Below are positions 1-7,745 of a DNA stretch of 24,000 bases, one piece after another. Under the pieces are notes generated by a model. The model made no database searches, had not been told where the DNA came from, and worked only from the letters and a program-made list of their open reading frames with translations. Origin of the DNA: Candidatus Heimdallarchaeota archaeon (lineage in GTDB: Archaea > Asgardarchaeota > Heimdallarchaeia > JABLTI01); NCBI GenBank assembly GCA_019058165.1, contig JAHLVZ010000030.1, forward strand, positions 1 to 24,000. The letters are read 5' to 3'. Each line of letters opens with the position of its first letter. Within the stretch, counting starts at the first letter, position 1. A program made the translations under genes and the position numbers.

Positions 1-118
1 GCTGTATGCCTCTAAAGAACCATTCCCAGAGAAAGAAAAACGATATTGCAAAAGTAAGTTCTATTATGCTGGAGAATAGGAACCAGATTTTTGTAAATTT
101 CAAAACCTTATCAAGCAT
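1..118 (-). CDS. N-terminal fragment of a hydrophobic (membrane) protein running off the left edge
   Basis: The reverse-strand ATG (complement of 116-118) is preceded at 6 nt by GGAGGG (complement of 125-130). The frame is open to position 1 and reads MLDKVLKFTKIWFLFSSIIELTFAISFFFLWEWFFRGIQ. It is absent from the ORF track because it is short and truncated. Confidence 0.3.
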   Translation of the reverse strand, partial: MLDKVLKFTKIWFLFSSIIELTFAISFFFLWEWFFRGIQ

Positions 119-323
119 TATCTTCCCTCCATATTAATTCAGAAGAATTGATTATAACATACTTTTTCTTTCAAATAAATATTCTTGTAAAAAAAGATTA
201 ATTCAGATATTCAGTCTTGATTATTACTCACTCGAATCTTCACTAGATTAAACTTTTAAATTCCGGTCAATATGTTAAGCATATTTAAAGAAATTTTAAT
301 TACAATTTGTCTGGTGTGTTTAT

Positions 324-1313
324 TTGGAAATTAAAGTAAAAACCCCTTGTCGACTACATTTCGGTTTAATTGATTTAAATGGTCAATTAGGTAGAATAAA
401 TGGTGGATTGGGTGTTGCTTTAGAACAACCAGGATGGGAAATAAAAGGTTGGATTACTGAGAACAGCAACAGCAAAGTTTCTCTTTCCCCATCTTTGATT
501 TCTGTAATCACTAGATTCGATGAATATTTCAAAACAACAACCAATGATATTGATTTTAAAGTACTTGAGAGAATTCCGCAACATGTTGGATTAGGATCCA
601 ATACTCAATTTTCTTTGGCAATTGGGATTATATTAGCAAAACTCCACAAAATTGAAACGTCTGTTGTAGACATCGCTAATGCGGTTAAAAGAGGTGGGAC
701 AAGTGGTATTGGTGTTGCGGCATTTGATAAGGGTGGCATAATTCTTGATGGGGGACATACATTTGGTAAAGGTAAACAAACAGAGTCTTTCAAACCTTCA
801 AGTATATCAGCAGCCCCACCTCCTCCAGTTATTTTTAGGTATAATCCTCCAAGTAACTGGCAATTCGTTTTATTGACAACGAAAACGGAACAAGGAGCAC
901 ATGGCAAAGAAGAAATCGATTTTTTCACTGATAATTGCCCAATACTTGCTACAGAAGTAGAAAAACTATCCAGATTAATTTTGGTAAAGATCCTTCCAGC
1001 TATTGTTGAAAAAGACATTCAAGCCTTCGGTGAAGGACTCACTGAAATGCAAACCAATTTTACACAATTTGGGATGAATCGCTACAAAAAAGGAATTGTA
1101 CACGATTTACTGAATTTAACAAGAAAAAACCAAGACATTTATGGATCAGGATTAAGTTCCTTTGGTCCAACAATTTTTGCATTAACAGATACAGACGAAA
1201 AAGCAAAAAAAATAATCAAAGAAATAAAAGATGAATTTCCTAAAAATGAATTCGACTTAATTCTATCCTCAAAAGTAAATAGAAACGGTGCAAAAATAGA
1301 GAAAATAAAATAG
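324..1313 (+). CDS. mptG: beta-ribofuranosylaminobenzene 5'-phosphate (beta-RFAP) synthase, methanopterin biosynthesis, GHMP-kinase fold
   Basis: TTG start. The protein is collinear with the MJ1427-type enzyme as I recall it: KTPCRLHFGLIDLNGQLGRINGGLGVALE, HVGLGSNTQFSLA, RGGTSGIGVAAFDKGGIILDGGHTFGKGK, LSSFGPTIFA. A TATA-like ATTTAAAG lies about 35 nt upstream. Confidence 0.9.
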   Translation: MEIKVKTPCRLHFGLIDLNGQLGRINGGLGVALEQPGWEIKGWITENSNSKVSLSPSLISVITRFDEYFKTTTNDIDFKVLERIPQHVGLGSNTQFSLAIGIILAKLHKIETSVVDIANAVKRGGTSGIGVAAFDKGGIILDGGHTFGKGKQTESFKPSSISAAPPPPVIFRYNPPSNWQFVLLTTKTEQGAHGKEEIDFFTDNCPILATEVEKLSRLILVKILPAIVEKDIQAFGEGLTEMQTNFTQFGMNRYKKGIVHDLLNLTRKNQDIYGSGLSSFGPTIFALTDTDEKAKKIIKEIKDEFPKNEFDLILSSKVNRNGAKIEKIK

Positions 1314-1342
1314 GAAATACCGGAAATCCAGTAAAAGAATTC

Positions 1343-1792
1343 CTATGTTATTCCTAATTTTTCCTTTGACATCTTTTCAACAGCTCCACCGATTTTTGGT
1401 GCTAACTGCTCAAAGAAGTACTGATAACCAAAAACTACTGCCCCCAATTCTGATTTAAAAGTTACAATATCAGATTCTACTGGCATATCATTTTCGGAAT
1501 AAATATTACCTTCAGGATCAATCGAATAAGTTACTTCATTTAGATTGAAATTTGCTAATAGAAGGTTTGCGTGAATAGTGCTTACAAGCTCTTGGGGAAC
1601 TTCATTTGCTACCATAATTTGGCAGAATAATTGCATCCATTCAGGAGCAACAACAATTCTAACATTAAAGGTTCGTTCATCGATTTTATACGGTAGCATA
1701 ATCTCTGTTCCACTTTGTGAAACAAAATAGTTCAAATTAAGCTCGTCTAACCAACCTTTCACTTTTTCTACATATTCTATAACATCAGTCAT
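1343..1792 (-). CDS. YbjN / type-III-secretion-chaperone-like fold protein (uncharacterised)
   Basis: A 149-aa acidic soluble protein. Its pattern (MLPYKIDERTFNVRIVV...WMQLFCQI...LLLANFNLNEVTYSIDPEGNIY...) resembles the YbjN family. Assigned by pattern only. Confidence 0.4.
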   Translation of the reverse strand: MTDVIEYVEKVKGWLDELNLNYFVSQSGTEIMLPYKIDERTFNVRIVVAPEWMQLFCQIMVANEVPQELVSTIHANLLLANFNLNEVTYSIDPEGNIYSENDMPVESDIVTFKSELGAVVFGYQYFFEQLAPKIGGAVEKMSKEKLGIT

Positions 1793-2036
1793 TTTCTTAC
1801 ATTAACTCCGATCATCTTTACTCTTTTAGAAACTGTATCACAAAAAAACTTTTCCTAATAAGTAAAAATTTCCCACAATCTTTTTGTCGAAAAGTATAAA
1901 TCTATGTTATTTTATTATGACTTGGAATTGGAATTTTTGGTAAGCTTATAAAGTTTATAAACCATAGATTTTTTAAATAACATGTGGTAGAGAGAGAAAT
2001 AATACATTCAATGGTAAAAAGGAGTTCAATACATCG

Positions 2037-2210
2037 ATGAACAAAGGTTCCATCAAAGTTACTGAAAAATGTCCTCTCTGCGGAAGTAAATCTGTAAAGA
2101 TAGTCTATCATACAGAAGCGGGTATTGTTATTCTCTCAGAATATAATTGCCAAATTTGCGGTTCATATACCCGAATGAATTTCTTAGTTGCAGATGCCAA
2201 AGAAAGCTAA
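2037..2210 (+). CDS. small zinc-ribbon protein (57 aa), not in the ORF track
   Basis: ATG at 2037 with AAGGAG about 10 nt upstream and TAA at 2208-2210. Translation: MNKGSIKVTEKCPLCGSKSVKIVYHTEAGIVILSEYNCQICGSYTRMNFLVADAKES. It has two CxxC knuckles (CPLC, CQIC) 22 residues apart. A TATA-like TTTATAAA lies about 80 nt upstream. Confidence 0.5.
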   Translation: MNKGSIKVTEKCPLCGSKSVKIVYHTEAGIVILSEYNCQICGSYTRMNFLVADAKES

Positions 2211-3229
2211 TACAAAATTATTAGCCATATTCCTGAAATTGTTAGTAGTGTTCCCATAAAAAGTACTAATGACGTCTTTTCTTTTAGAAATAAAATTGAG
2301 AGTGGTGAAGCTATCAAAGGGGATGCTGCAGTGATTGCTGCTGTAGTGGATGCTTCTGTAAATGATAAAGAGAGTAAATAGAACAAGCTTCCAAATGTGT
2401 TTCCGATTATTCCAGCAAATAATACTAATAATACCCCTTTTTTTGTGAATTTGCTTTTCTGTTTACCACGATTTCCGGCAAAGAAGACTATCAAAGCTAA
2501 TGGAGCTATACAGATCATTCTGTAAGCATTGGCATTTATGCCTTGTATTTCAACTGTTAATGCTCTATCAAGCATAATTGTTCCAATGGTCCAACAAATT
2601 GCCGTAGTAAGAGCACCCATAATTCCTATGATAAGATTGCGTTTTTTCTTTTTTTCCTGATCACTTATTGATGTATTATTTTTTTCTTTCTGTTCTCGTT
2701 CTTTTATTAGTTGATAATCTACAGACGATTTATTATTAATTCGAATGTATTTCTCGATTTCATTTTCAGTAGAACTTGATATTAAGTATACACCTAAAAC
2801 AACCAACATTACTCCTTGAATTCTAAAAAGATCATAAAATTCGTATCCTAAAATAATTCCAATCAAATAGGTTAGTAAAGGATAACTCACAGCAATTGGA
2901 TATGCTCGAGATAATCCTATCAGCTGTTGACTAAAGTAGAAAGCAACATCACCAATTATGATAGCTAATGCAGTTCCACCAACTAGTAGTAAGCCTGTTT
3001 TGTAATCAAAAGAAAATGCTGTCTGTAGTGCTCCTAATGATAACATTACTATCAAATAAAATACCGCAGTAAAGGATAATCTAATTGCATTAACAGCTAT
3101 AGGTTTTATTTTACTACCTTGTGACTTAATGATTACATTACCTAGTCCAAAACAGATTGCCCCAGCTATTGCTGCTAATTCTCCGAAATAATCACTGAGA
3201 GCCATTGGATTCAATCCGCTATTCATCAC
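2207..3229 (-). CDS. EamA/DMT-superfamily permease (two EamA halves joined by a K/E-rich loop)
   Basis: About ten hydrophobic helices arranged as two 5-TM repeats, each ending in a G-rich helix (VMLVVLGVYLISS and LLTISGIWLIILY). The start is GTG at 3229 or ATG at 3226. Confidence 0.8.
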   Translation of the reverse strand: MMNSGLNPMALSDYFGELAAIAGAICFGLGNVIIKSQGSKIKPIAVNAIRLSFTAVFYLIVMLSLGALQTAFSFDYKTGLLLVGGTALAIIIGDVAFYFSQQLIGLSRAYPIAVSYPLLTYLIGIILGYEFYDLFRIQGVMLVVLGVYLISSSTENEIEKYIRINNKSSVDYQLIKEREQKEKNNTSISDQEKKKKRNLIIGIMGALTTAICWTIGTIMLDRALTVEIQGINANAYRMICIAPLALIVFFAGNRGKQKSKFTKKGVLLVLFAGIIGNTFGSLFYLLSLSFTEASTTAAITAASPLIASPLSILFLKEKTSLVLFMGTLLTISGIWLIILY

Positions 3230-3726
3230 TATTTTTCCAATATTTCTTTGAATTTCTCCAATTCACTATATGTTTCAGATAATTCTTGTGATATTACTCG
3301 AGTATCAGATAAGATAGGCATGAAATTCGTATCACCACTCCAACGTGGAACAATATGTATGTGTAAGTGTGTTTTTAAGCCAGCTCCGGAAACTTTTCCT
3401 AAATTCAATCCTATATTGAATCCTTCCGGTCGTATAGCTGCTTTCAATAATTCCACAGTTTTTGTAGTTAATGCCCACATTTCAGAACCAGTTTCTAAAG
3501 GTAAATCTTTCAAATCAGCTGTATGCTCTAATGGTGCAATCATTAAATGACCTGCAATATATGGATATAAATTCAGAAGAACAATTGCATTTTTTCCTCT
3601 ATGAAGAATGAGGTTTTTCTTATCATTAATAGGATCATCATTTATGACTTCACAGATAAAGCATTCATCATCTGCTCTAGTTTGTTTTATATATTCAATT
3701 CTCCAAGGAGCCCAGATTTTCTTCAA
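3229..3726 (-). CDS. HIT-family nucleotide hydrolase/phosphorylase
   Basis: Histidine-triad motif HLHIHIVPRW near the C-terminus. The N-terminal WAPWRIEYI and CFIC are typical of the archaeal/bacterial HIT (Ap4A-phosphorylase-like) branch. Confidence 0.85.
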   Translation of the reverse strand: MKKIWAPWRIEYIKQTRADDECFICEVINDDPINDKKNLILHRGKNAIVLLNLYPYIAGHLMIAPLEHTADLKDLPLETGSEMWALTTKTVELLKAAIRPEGFNIGLNLGKVSGAGLKTHLHIHIVPRWSGDTNFMPILSDTRVISQELSETYSELEKFKEILEK

Positions 3727-3792
3727 GATTTACAACTCACTGTTTTTGTTTTTAAATTAGGATAATAAATCACATTTTTCTTTAAAACTTCT

Positions 3793-4074
3793 TTATCTAC
3801 TATTACTAATTTCTATTTCAGGTTCTAAGGGGATTACTTTCATTAGAATGAAATAAACTAGAACTGCAAGACCACCTGTTATTACCATAAGAAAAAGAAA
3901 AATTATACGAAGAGTAGTTGAACCTATCCCCCAAAAATAAGCTAATCCACCGATTACCCCAGCAAACATATAATCATCTCTGGATCGAAAAAGGATTTTC
4001 ACTTCATCTTGTTTCTTTGTTTTTTTCATTGTTGCATCCATTTCCGTTCCACTATCAACCATGCTATTACTCAA
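3793..4074 (-). CDS. PspC-domain membrane protein
   Basis: LFRSRDDYMFAGVIGGLAYFWGIGSTTLRIIFLFLMVITGGLAVLVYFILMKVIP matches the PspC-domain consensus pattern. The TTG start overlaps the upstream stop (TTGA); an alternative ATG is at 4062. Confidence 0.7.
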   Translation of the reverse strand: MSNSMVDSGTEMDATMKKTKKQDEVKILFRSRDDYMFAGVIGGLAYFWGIGSTTLRIIFLFLMVITGGLAVLVYFILMKVIPLEPEIEISNSR

Positions 4075-4775
4075 CTTTTTTTATTTTTCGAAGAAAATTT
4101 CTTGTATGAACTAGGCATATCTTCTAATCTTTCAAGATAGGTAAGAATAATTTGAGGGAAGAAATGGGCTTCGACATACCGTATTCCCATTCTTTCTGTC
4201 CAAGACTTTATTCCTGTATCTGCTGAGACCACTCCTGCACCAAGTTCCTTGGCTAAAATGAGTGTGTCGATATCAGGAAGAGAATCTAAAACCCCTCTTC
4301 TCATTTTTTGTCTATATTTATCTTCATAAGTTTTAGAAAGAGAATTCTCGATATCCTTAATCGTATGAGTATTATCGTCATATTGATTTCTCTCTGTTTG
4401 TTTTAAAGCTTCTTTTATCGCTCTTCTAACAATACTCATGCCTTGATCTAATCTATCCCTCACGTCAGAAACGTATTCGTAAATAACTTGCGAAGATAAC
4501 AGAACTGAATGTCTATCCGGGGCCTTTCTTACAACCCATGCTTCAACTTGGTCAACATCACGGATTGTGCATTTGCTCTCGAGAAGAAAAGATTTGAGCT
4601 CGCTAAATGTACTAGGGGGCATATAACAAGAAATGTTTAACCGTAATCTACCTATACTAATTAATTCAGAAAGCCTGTTTACGGCTTCAGTTATACTTCC
4701 ACCGAGATGACTTATTAATTTGGCATCTGTAAAAGCAGTTGTGTCAAGAACAAAACGTTGTCTAGGAAAGGACAT
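4071..4775 (-). CDS. HARP-type protein-only RNase P homolog (PIN_5 / UPF0278 family)
   Basis: Block-wise resemblance to Aquifex Aq_880 as I recall it: FVLDTTAFT, CYMPPSTFSEL, QVIYEYVSDVRDRLDQG, YRQKMRRGVLDSLPDIDTLILAKELGAGVVSADTGIKSWTERMGIRYV. These include the PIN-like acidic residues. Confidence 0.75.
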   Translation of the reverse strand: MSFPRQRFVLDTTAFTDAKLISHLGGSITEAVNRLSELISIGRLRLNISCYMPPSTFSELKSFLLESKCTIRDVDQVEAWVVRKAPDRHSVLLSSQVIYEYVSDVRDRLDQGMSIVRRAIKEALKQTERNQYDDNTHTIKDIENSLSKTYEDKYRQKMRRGVLDSLPDIDTLILAKELGAGVVSADTGIKSWTERMGIRYVEAHFFPQIILTYLERLEDMPSSYKKFSSKNKKS

Positions 4776-4942
4776 ACGTCTAACTCCTAATTCAAAGAGA
4801 ATTTTTCTTTATCTAGATAGAAATTTCTTAATTAAAATGATTTGTGGTAAAAGCTAATTAATTAAATATCCTTTATTTTATTGGAGAAAATCAAAAATAA
4901 ATGAAACGGACATTTAAAATTCCAATTTAGGAGGAGTTTATT

Positions 4943-6490
4943 GTGAGTGCAAAAAAACAGAAATACAACTCAACCCCAAAAATGAAGCTTGGAATTGTTT
5001 CTTTTACAGATCCGAGAAGCGAAGTGCATTTGATCAAGGAACGTGAAGATTATATTAGAAACAATCATCTTGAACTTAAACAAAAATTAGAATCAGATGG
5101 ATTTAAGGTTATAGATCCCCAAACCGAACTTCGAAAACAAAAAAAGAATAATGAAATCTGGGGTATAAATAAACTAGATGATGTTAAAGAAATAAGCAAA
5201 GAATTCTTACAGGAAAACATAAGTGCTTTAATATTGGGTTGCTGGACTTGGAATGAACCAAACGTACCTCTCACATTAGCTAAAAAAGTTAATGTCCCAA
5301 TTGCACTCGTAACAAAGAATGATCCATTATGGCCTGGTATAACAGCTGTTGCTTCAACAGGTGCAACATTTTGGCAGTTAGCGAATAATCATCATATAAA
5401 AACACATAATCGCTTTATTGTTTCTTCGAAAAAGGATTATCACGACTTACTTTCCTGGTCAAAAGCATCCTGTGCTGTCAAGTATTTGAGAAATGGAACA
5501 CTTATACTTTGGGGAGGTAGTCCAGCATTAAATATGGAACATTTAAATGACGATATACCATCTCTGAAAAACTTTCTAATAAATGATATAGTAATTGAAG
5601 ATCAAAATACGCTAATAGACCGAGTTGAAATACTGCTCTCTAAGAATGAAAATCGTGTTTCAGATTTTCTAAAATGGTTGAGGGAAAATAATTGTCAAAT
5701 TGTCTATGACAATAAGATGACTACAGTAGATTCCATTGAAAAACAAATCGCATTGTATTTTGCAGCAAAGGATTTGATTGCTCAAAGATTAGAAAGTGGT
5801 GAATCAATTATTGGAGTTTCACTTAAATGTCAACCAGAACTTAGTATCAATTTTGGAGTAACAGGTTGTTTGATACCTGCTTTCCTTCCCTTCCCATATG
5901 ATAGTGAGGGAGAGAAACCAATAATACCAACTACTTGTGAAGGTGATATTAAGAGCCTTCTAATTTCTGCAATATTATTTGGATTAAATAGTAAGATCCC
6001 TCCTTTGTTTGGTGATTTAAAAGTTTTAACAGAAAATTACTTTGTAATTGCAAATTGTGGTGGAGCAAGTGCTTTTTATGCTGCAAATTCCACTGATCCT
6101 AAAATTTCTTTATTAAAAAGTACAATTAAACCTCAATGCCAAGGGGAATCTGGAGGAGCATTCGGATTTTATACTCCTTCAACAACAGATGAAGTAACTT
6201 ATGCTCAATTTATGAGAATAGCTGGTAAATACATCTTACAGTTTGGAGTAGGAAAACTTTCAACAAAATATCAAAAACCAAAAGAAGCTTGGGGTGAATC
6301 TTGGCCACATACTGTTGTGGAATCTAACATTCCGAAAGAGCTGTTTGTAAAAGCAGTAGGATCAAATCACTTCACCCTAACGTTAGGAAATTTCAAAAAC
6401 GAATTAAAATACGTTGCAAAAATTTTGAATATTCCAGCTGTAGAATTGGATAATGAAGAATCTGTGGAAGGTTTTCTCCAAAACATGTAA
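4943..6490 (+). CDS. L-fucose/arabinose-isomerase-like sugar isomerase (COG2407-like)
   Basis: GTG start with GGAGGAG 6 nt upstream. The blocks LGIVSFTDPR, GCWTWNEPN, TTCEGDIKSLL, FGDLK and GSNHFTLTLGN...ILNIPAVEL parallel E. coli FucI blocks (IGIRPVIDGR, TPCWCYGSE, ATENDSLN, FADVR, GANHGVLTIGH...LRIPVCM). Confidence 0.65.
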   Translation: MSAKKQKYNSTPKMKLGIVSFTDPRSEVHLIKEREDYIRNNHLELKQKLESDGFKVIDPQTELRKQKKNNEIWGINKLDDVKEISKEFLQENISALILGCWTWNEPNVPLTLAKKVNVPIALVTKNDPLWPGITAVASTGATFWQLANNHHIKTHNRFIVSSKKDYHDLLSWSKASCAVKYLRNGTLILWGGSPALNMEHLNDDIPSLKNFLINDIVIEDQNTLIDRVEILLSKNENRVSDFLKWLRENNCQIVYDNKMTTVDSIEKQIALYFAAKDLIAQRLESGESIIGVSLKCQPELSINFGVTGCLIPAFLPFPYDSEGEKPIIPTTCEGDIKSLLISAILFGLNSKIPPLFGDLKVLTENYFVIANCGGASAFYAANSTDPKISLLKSTIKPQCQGESGGAFGFYTPSTTDEVTYAQFMRIAGKYILQFGVGKLSTKYQKPKEAWGESWPHTVVESNIPKELFVKAVGSNHFTLTLGNFKNELKYVAKILNIPAVELDNEESVEGFLQNM

Positions 6491-6537
6491 CAATTTGTAT
6501 TGGAATAAATAAAAGAAATAGAACAAATGGGGGAGAG

Positions 6538-6684
6538 TTATCTCTGATCCCATAGTTCATCTCGTAGTAAATCGCGAATAGCAATTCTAATAATTTCGCT
6601 TCTATTAGCGTACTTCTTTTGACGTACGAGTTCATCTAGCCCTTCTAAAAATCCATCCGGAACATGTACAGTTAAGAGTCTCAT
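6538..6684 (-). CDS. ribbon-helix-helix (CopG/Arc/MetJ-type) DNA-binding protein, 48 aa, not in the ORF track
   Basis: ATG is the complement of 6682-6684, with GAGGTGA 8 nt upstream. Translation: MRLLTVHVPDGFLEGLDELVRQKKYANRSEIIRIAIRDLLRDELWDQR. This gives a beta-strand, helix 1, then the canonical RSE(I/V)IR helix 2. It replaces the out-of-frame track ORF 6393..6635. Confidence 0.65.
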   Translation of the reverse strand: MRLLTVHVPDGFLEGLDELVRQKKYANRSEIIRIAIRDLLRDELWDQR

Positions 6685-6705
6685 CAAACCTTATTCACCT
6701 CGGCT

Positions 6706-6757
6706 GACAGCAATGCTGTCCATCCACCCGACACAATCTAAACCCTCACATTGTGTC
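6706..6757. promoter_or_regulatory. two inverted repeats upstream of the RHH gene (candidate operator)
   Basis: GACAGC-AAT-GCTGTC at 6706-6720 and GACACAAT-N12-ATTGTGTC at 6730-6757 lie 22-73 nt upstream of the RHH start. A TATA-like element (complement of GTGTATATTTGC, 6761-6772) is just beyond them. Confidence 0.3.
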
Positions 6758-6890
6758 AAAGTGTATATTTGCAGATATTCCTCAGCGATTACAATATATA
6801 AAAAACACCAATATTTGCTTACTACCACAGTATTACACTCATCAATATGCTGGTACTATGGATTTTTGATGCTTTATCAAGAAATTTCAT

Positions 6891-7622
6891 TTAATTCAAG
6901 TTTTTTAATTCTTCAATTTTTGCATCTTTAAAGGCATCCCATGTATCAATTAACTCTCTTATTTCTTCTTCAAAATCTAAAGTAACGAATTCATCATTTA
7001 TATTTCTAATACGATTAAGCAATTGTTTATTAAAAGAAATTAACGCATTAAGAATACGATCTCTATGTTCTAATGCCTCTTCTTTAATCCCGGAGGTGAA
7101 AATTTCCTCAATTTTCTCAACTGAATCACTTATGCTTTTACGAGATTCTTCTAAAAACTCAATCAATTCTTCTTTTCGCTCATTGAAAAGCTTTCTTTCC
7201 TCGCTTTCTTTCTGAGTTACAGATTCTTCTACTTGAATAAGCTGAACTTGTCTTGAAAGCAAATTTCTAACTCGTTCACTTTCTTCTATTGCTTCACGGT
7301 GTTCTGGATGTAATTCTAAAATATCCTCATATGTGAAAAGTGCTAGATCAAATTTCTTTTGCATCTTTAATGCACGAGCCTTATTTAATAACGCTCGAGA
7401 TAAATCAGGATCAATACTCAGTGCTTTGTTATAGCAATTTATGGCATCTTCTATTTTGCCAAGCTTCCTCAAAGCTACTCCTTTATTATTCCAAGCCATA
7501 GTATTCTCTGCTTCAACAGCTATAACTCGTTCAAAGTATTCTATAGCTTTCTCATTTTTATTTTTCTTCAGAGATTCTAAACCATCTTCTAGCAGCTTTT
7601 TGATGTTTTCAGATTTTACCAT
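6891..7622 (-). CDS. TPR-repeat protein with C-terminal coiled-coil
   Basis: The N-terminal roughly 115 aa hold three TPR-like units (AIEYFERVIAVEAENTMAWNNKGVALRKLGKIEDAINCYNKALSIDPD...). The C-terminal roughly 125 aa is E/K/L-rich with heptad character. Confidence 0.75.
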   Translation of the reverse strand: MVKSENIKKLLEDGLESLKKNKNEKAIEYFERVIAVEAENTMAWNNKGVALRKLGKIEDAINCYNKALSIDPDLSRALLNKARALKMQKKFDLALFTYEDILELHPEHREAIEESERVRNLLSRQVQLIQVEESVTQKESEERKLFNERKEELIEFLEESRKSISDSVEKIEEIFTSGIKEEALEHRDRILNALISFNKQLLNRIRNINDEFVTLDFEEEIRELIDTWDAFKDAKIEELKNLN

Positions 7623-7745
7623 TTATTTATTCACCCATTCAATCTGTAATTTATGGATTATAATAAATATTGGGCATTAAAATTACTTGTTAATGAAAAA
7701 ATGTGCTTTAGAATTACTTAAAATTTTCTCATGGATTGGAGGGTT

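Noticed and set aside
383-1018. Track ORFs 383..601 and 605..1018 on the minus strand (72 and 137 aa)
   Set aside because: They lie entirely antisense to the well-supported mptG gene. Their composition is low-complexity (P/S/I-rich), and they have no motif or ribosome-binding site.
1902-2111. 69-aa minus-strand ORF
   Set aside because: It has no motif or RBS. The plus-strand zinc-ribbon ORF (2037..2210), with an SD motif and CxxC pairs, explains the region better.
3248-3550. 100-aa plus-strand ORF
   Set aside because: It is antisense to the HIT gene, whose HxHxHxx motif fixes the true frame.
4810-4819. 10-bp palindrome TATCTAGATA in the HARP / FucI-like divergent promoter region
   Set aside because: It is short, AT-rich and occurs only once. 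Chance occurrence in AT-rich intergenic DNA cannot be excluded.
6393-6635. 80-aa minus-strand ORF
   Set aside because: It overlaps the 3' end of the FucI-like gene and is out of frame with the RHH ORF. The sequence looks random (MNSYVKRSTLIEAKLL...) and it has no RBS.
6782-6844. Possible C/D-box sRNA on the minus strand (UGAUGA at complement of 6839-6844, CUGA at complement of 6782-6785, 63 nt apart)
   Set aside because: There are no convincing internal C'/D' boxes. The terminal stem is limited to ATAT, and the interior is mostly a TATA-like AT tract. It more likely belongs to the RHH promoter.
6713-6931. 72-aa plus-strand ORF in the RHH/TPR intergenic region
   Set aside because: It has no RBS and is rich in Cys, Tyr and Ile in a non-protein-like pattern. 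It runs into the antisense of the TPR gene, so the region is better read as promoter/operator DNA.
7441-7680. 79-aa plus-strand ORF
   Set aside because: It is antisense to the TPR/coiled-coil gene and is serine/phenylalanine low-complexity sequence.
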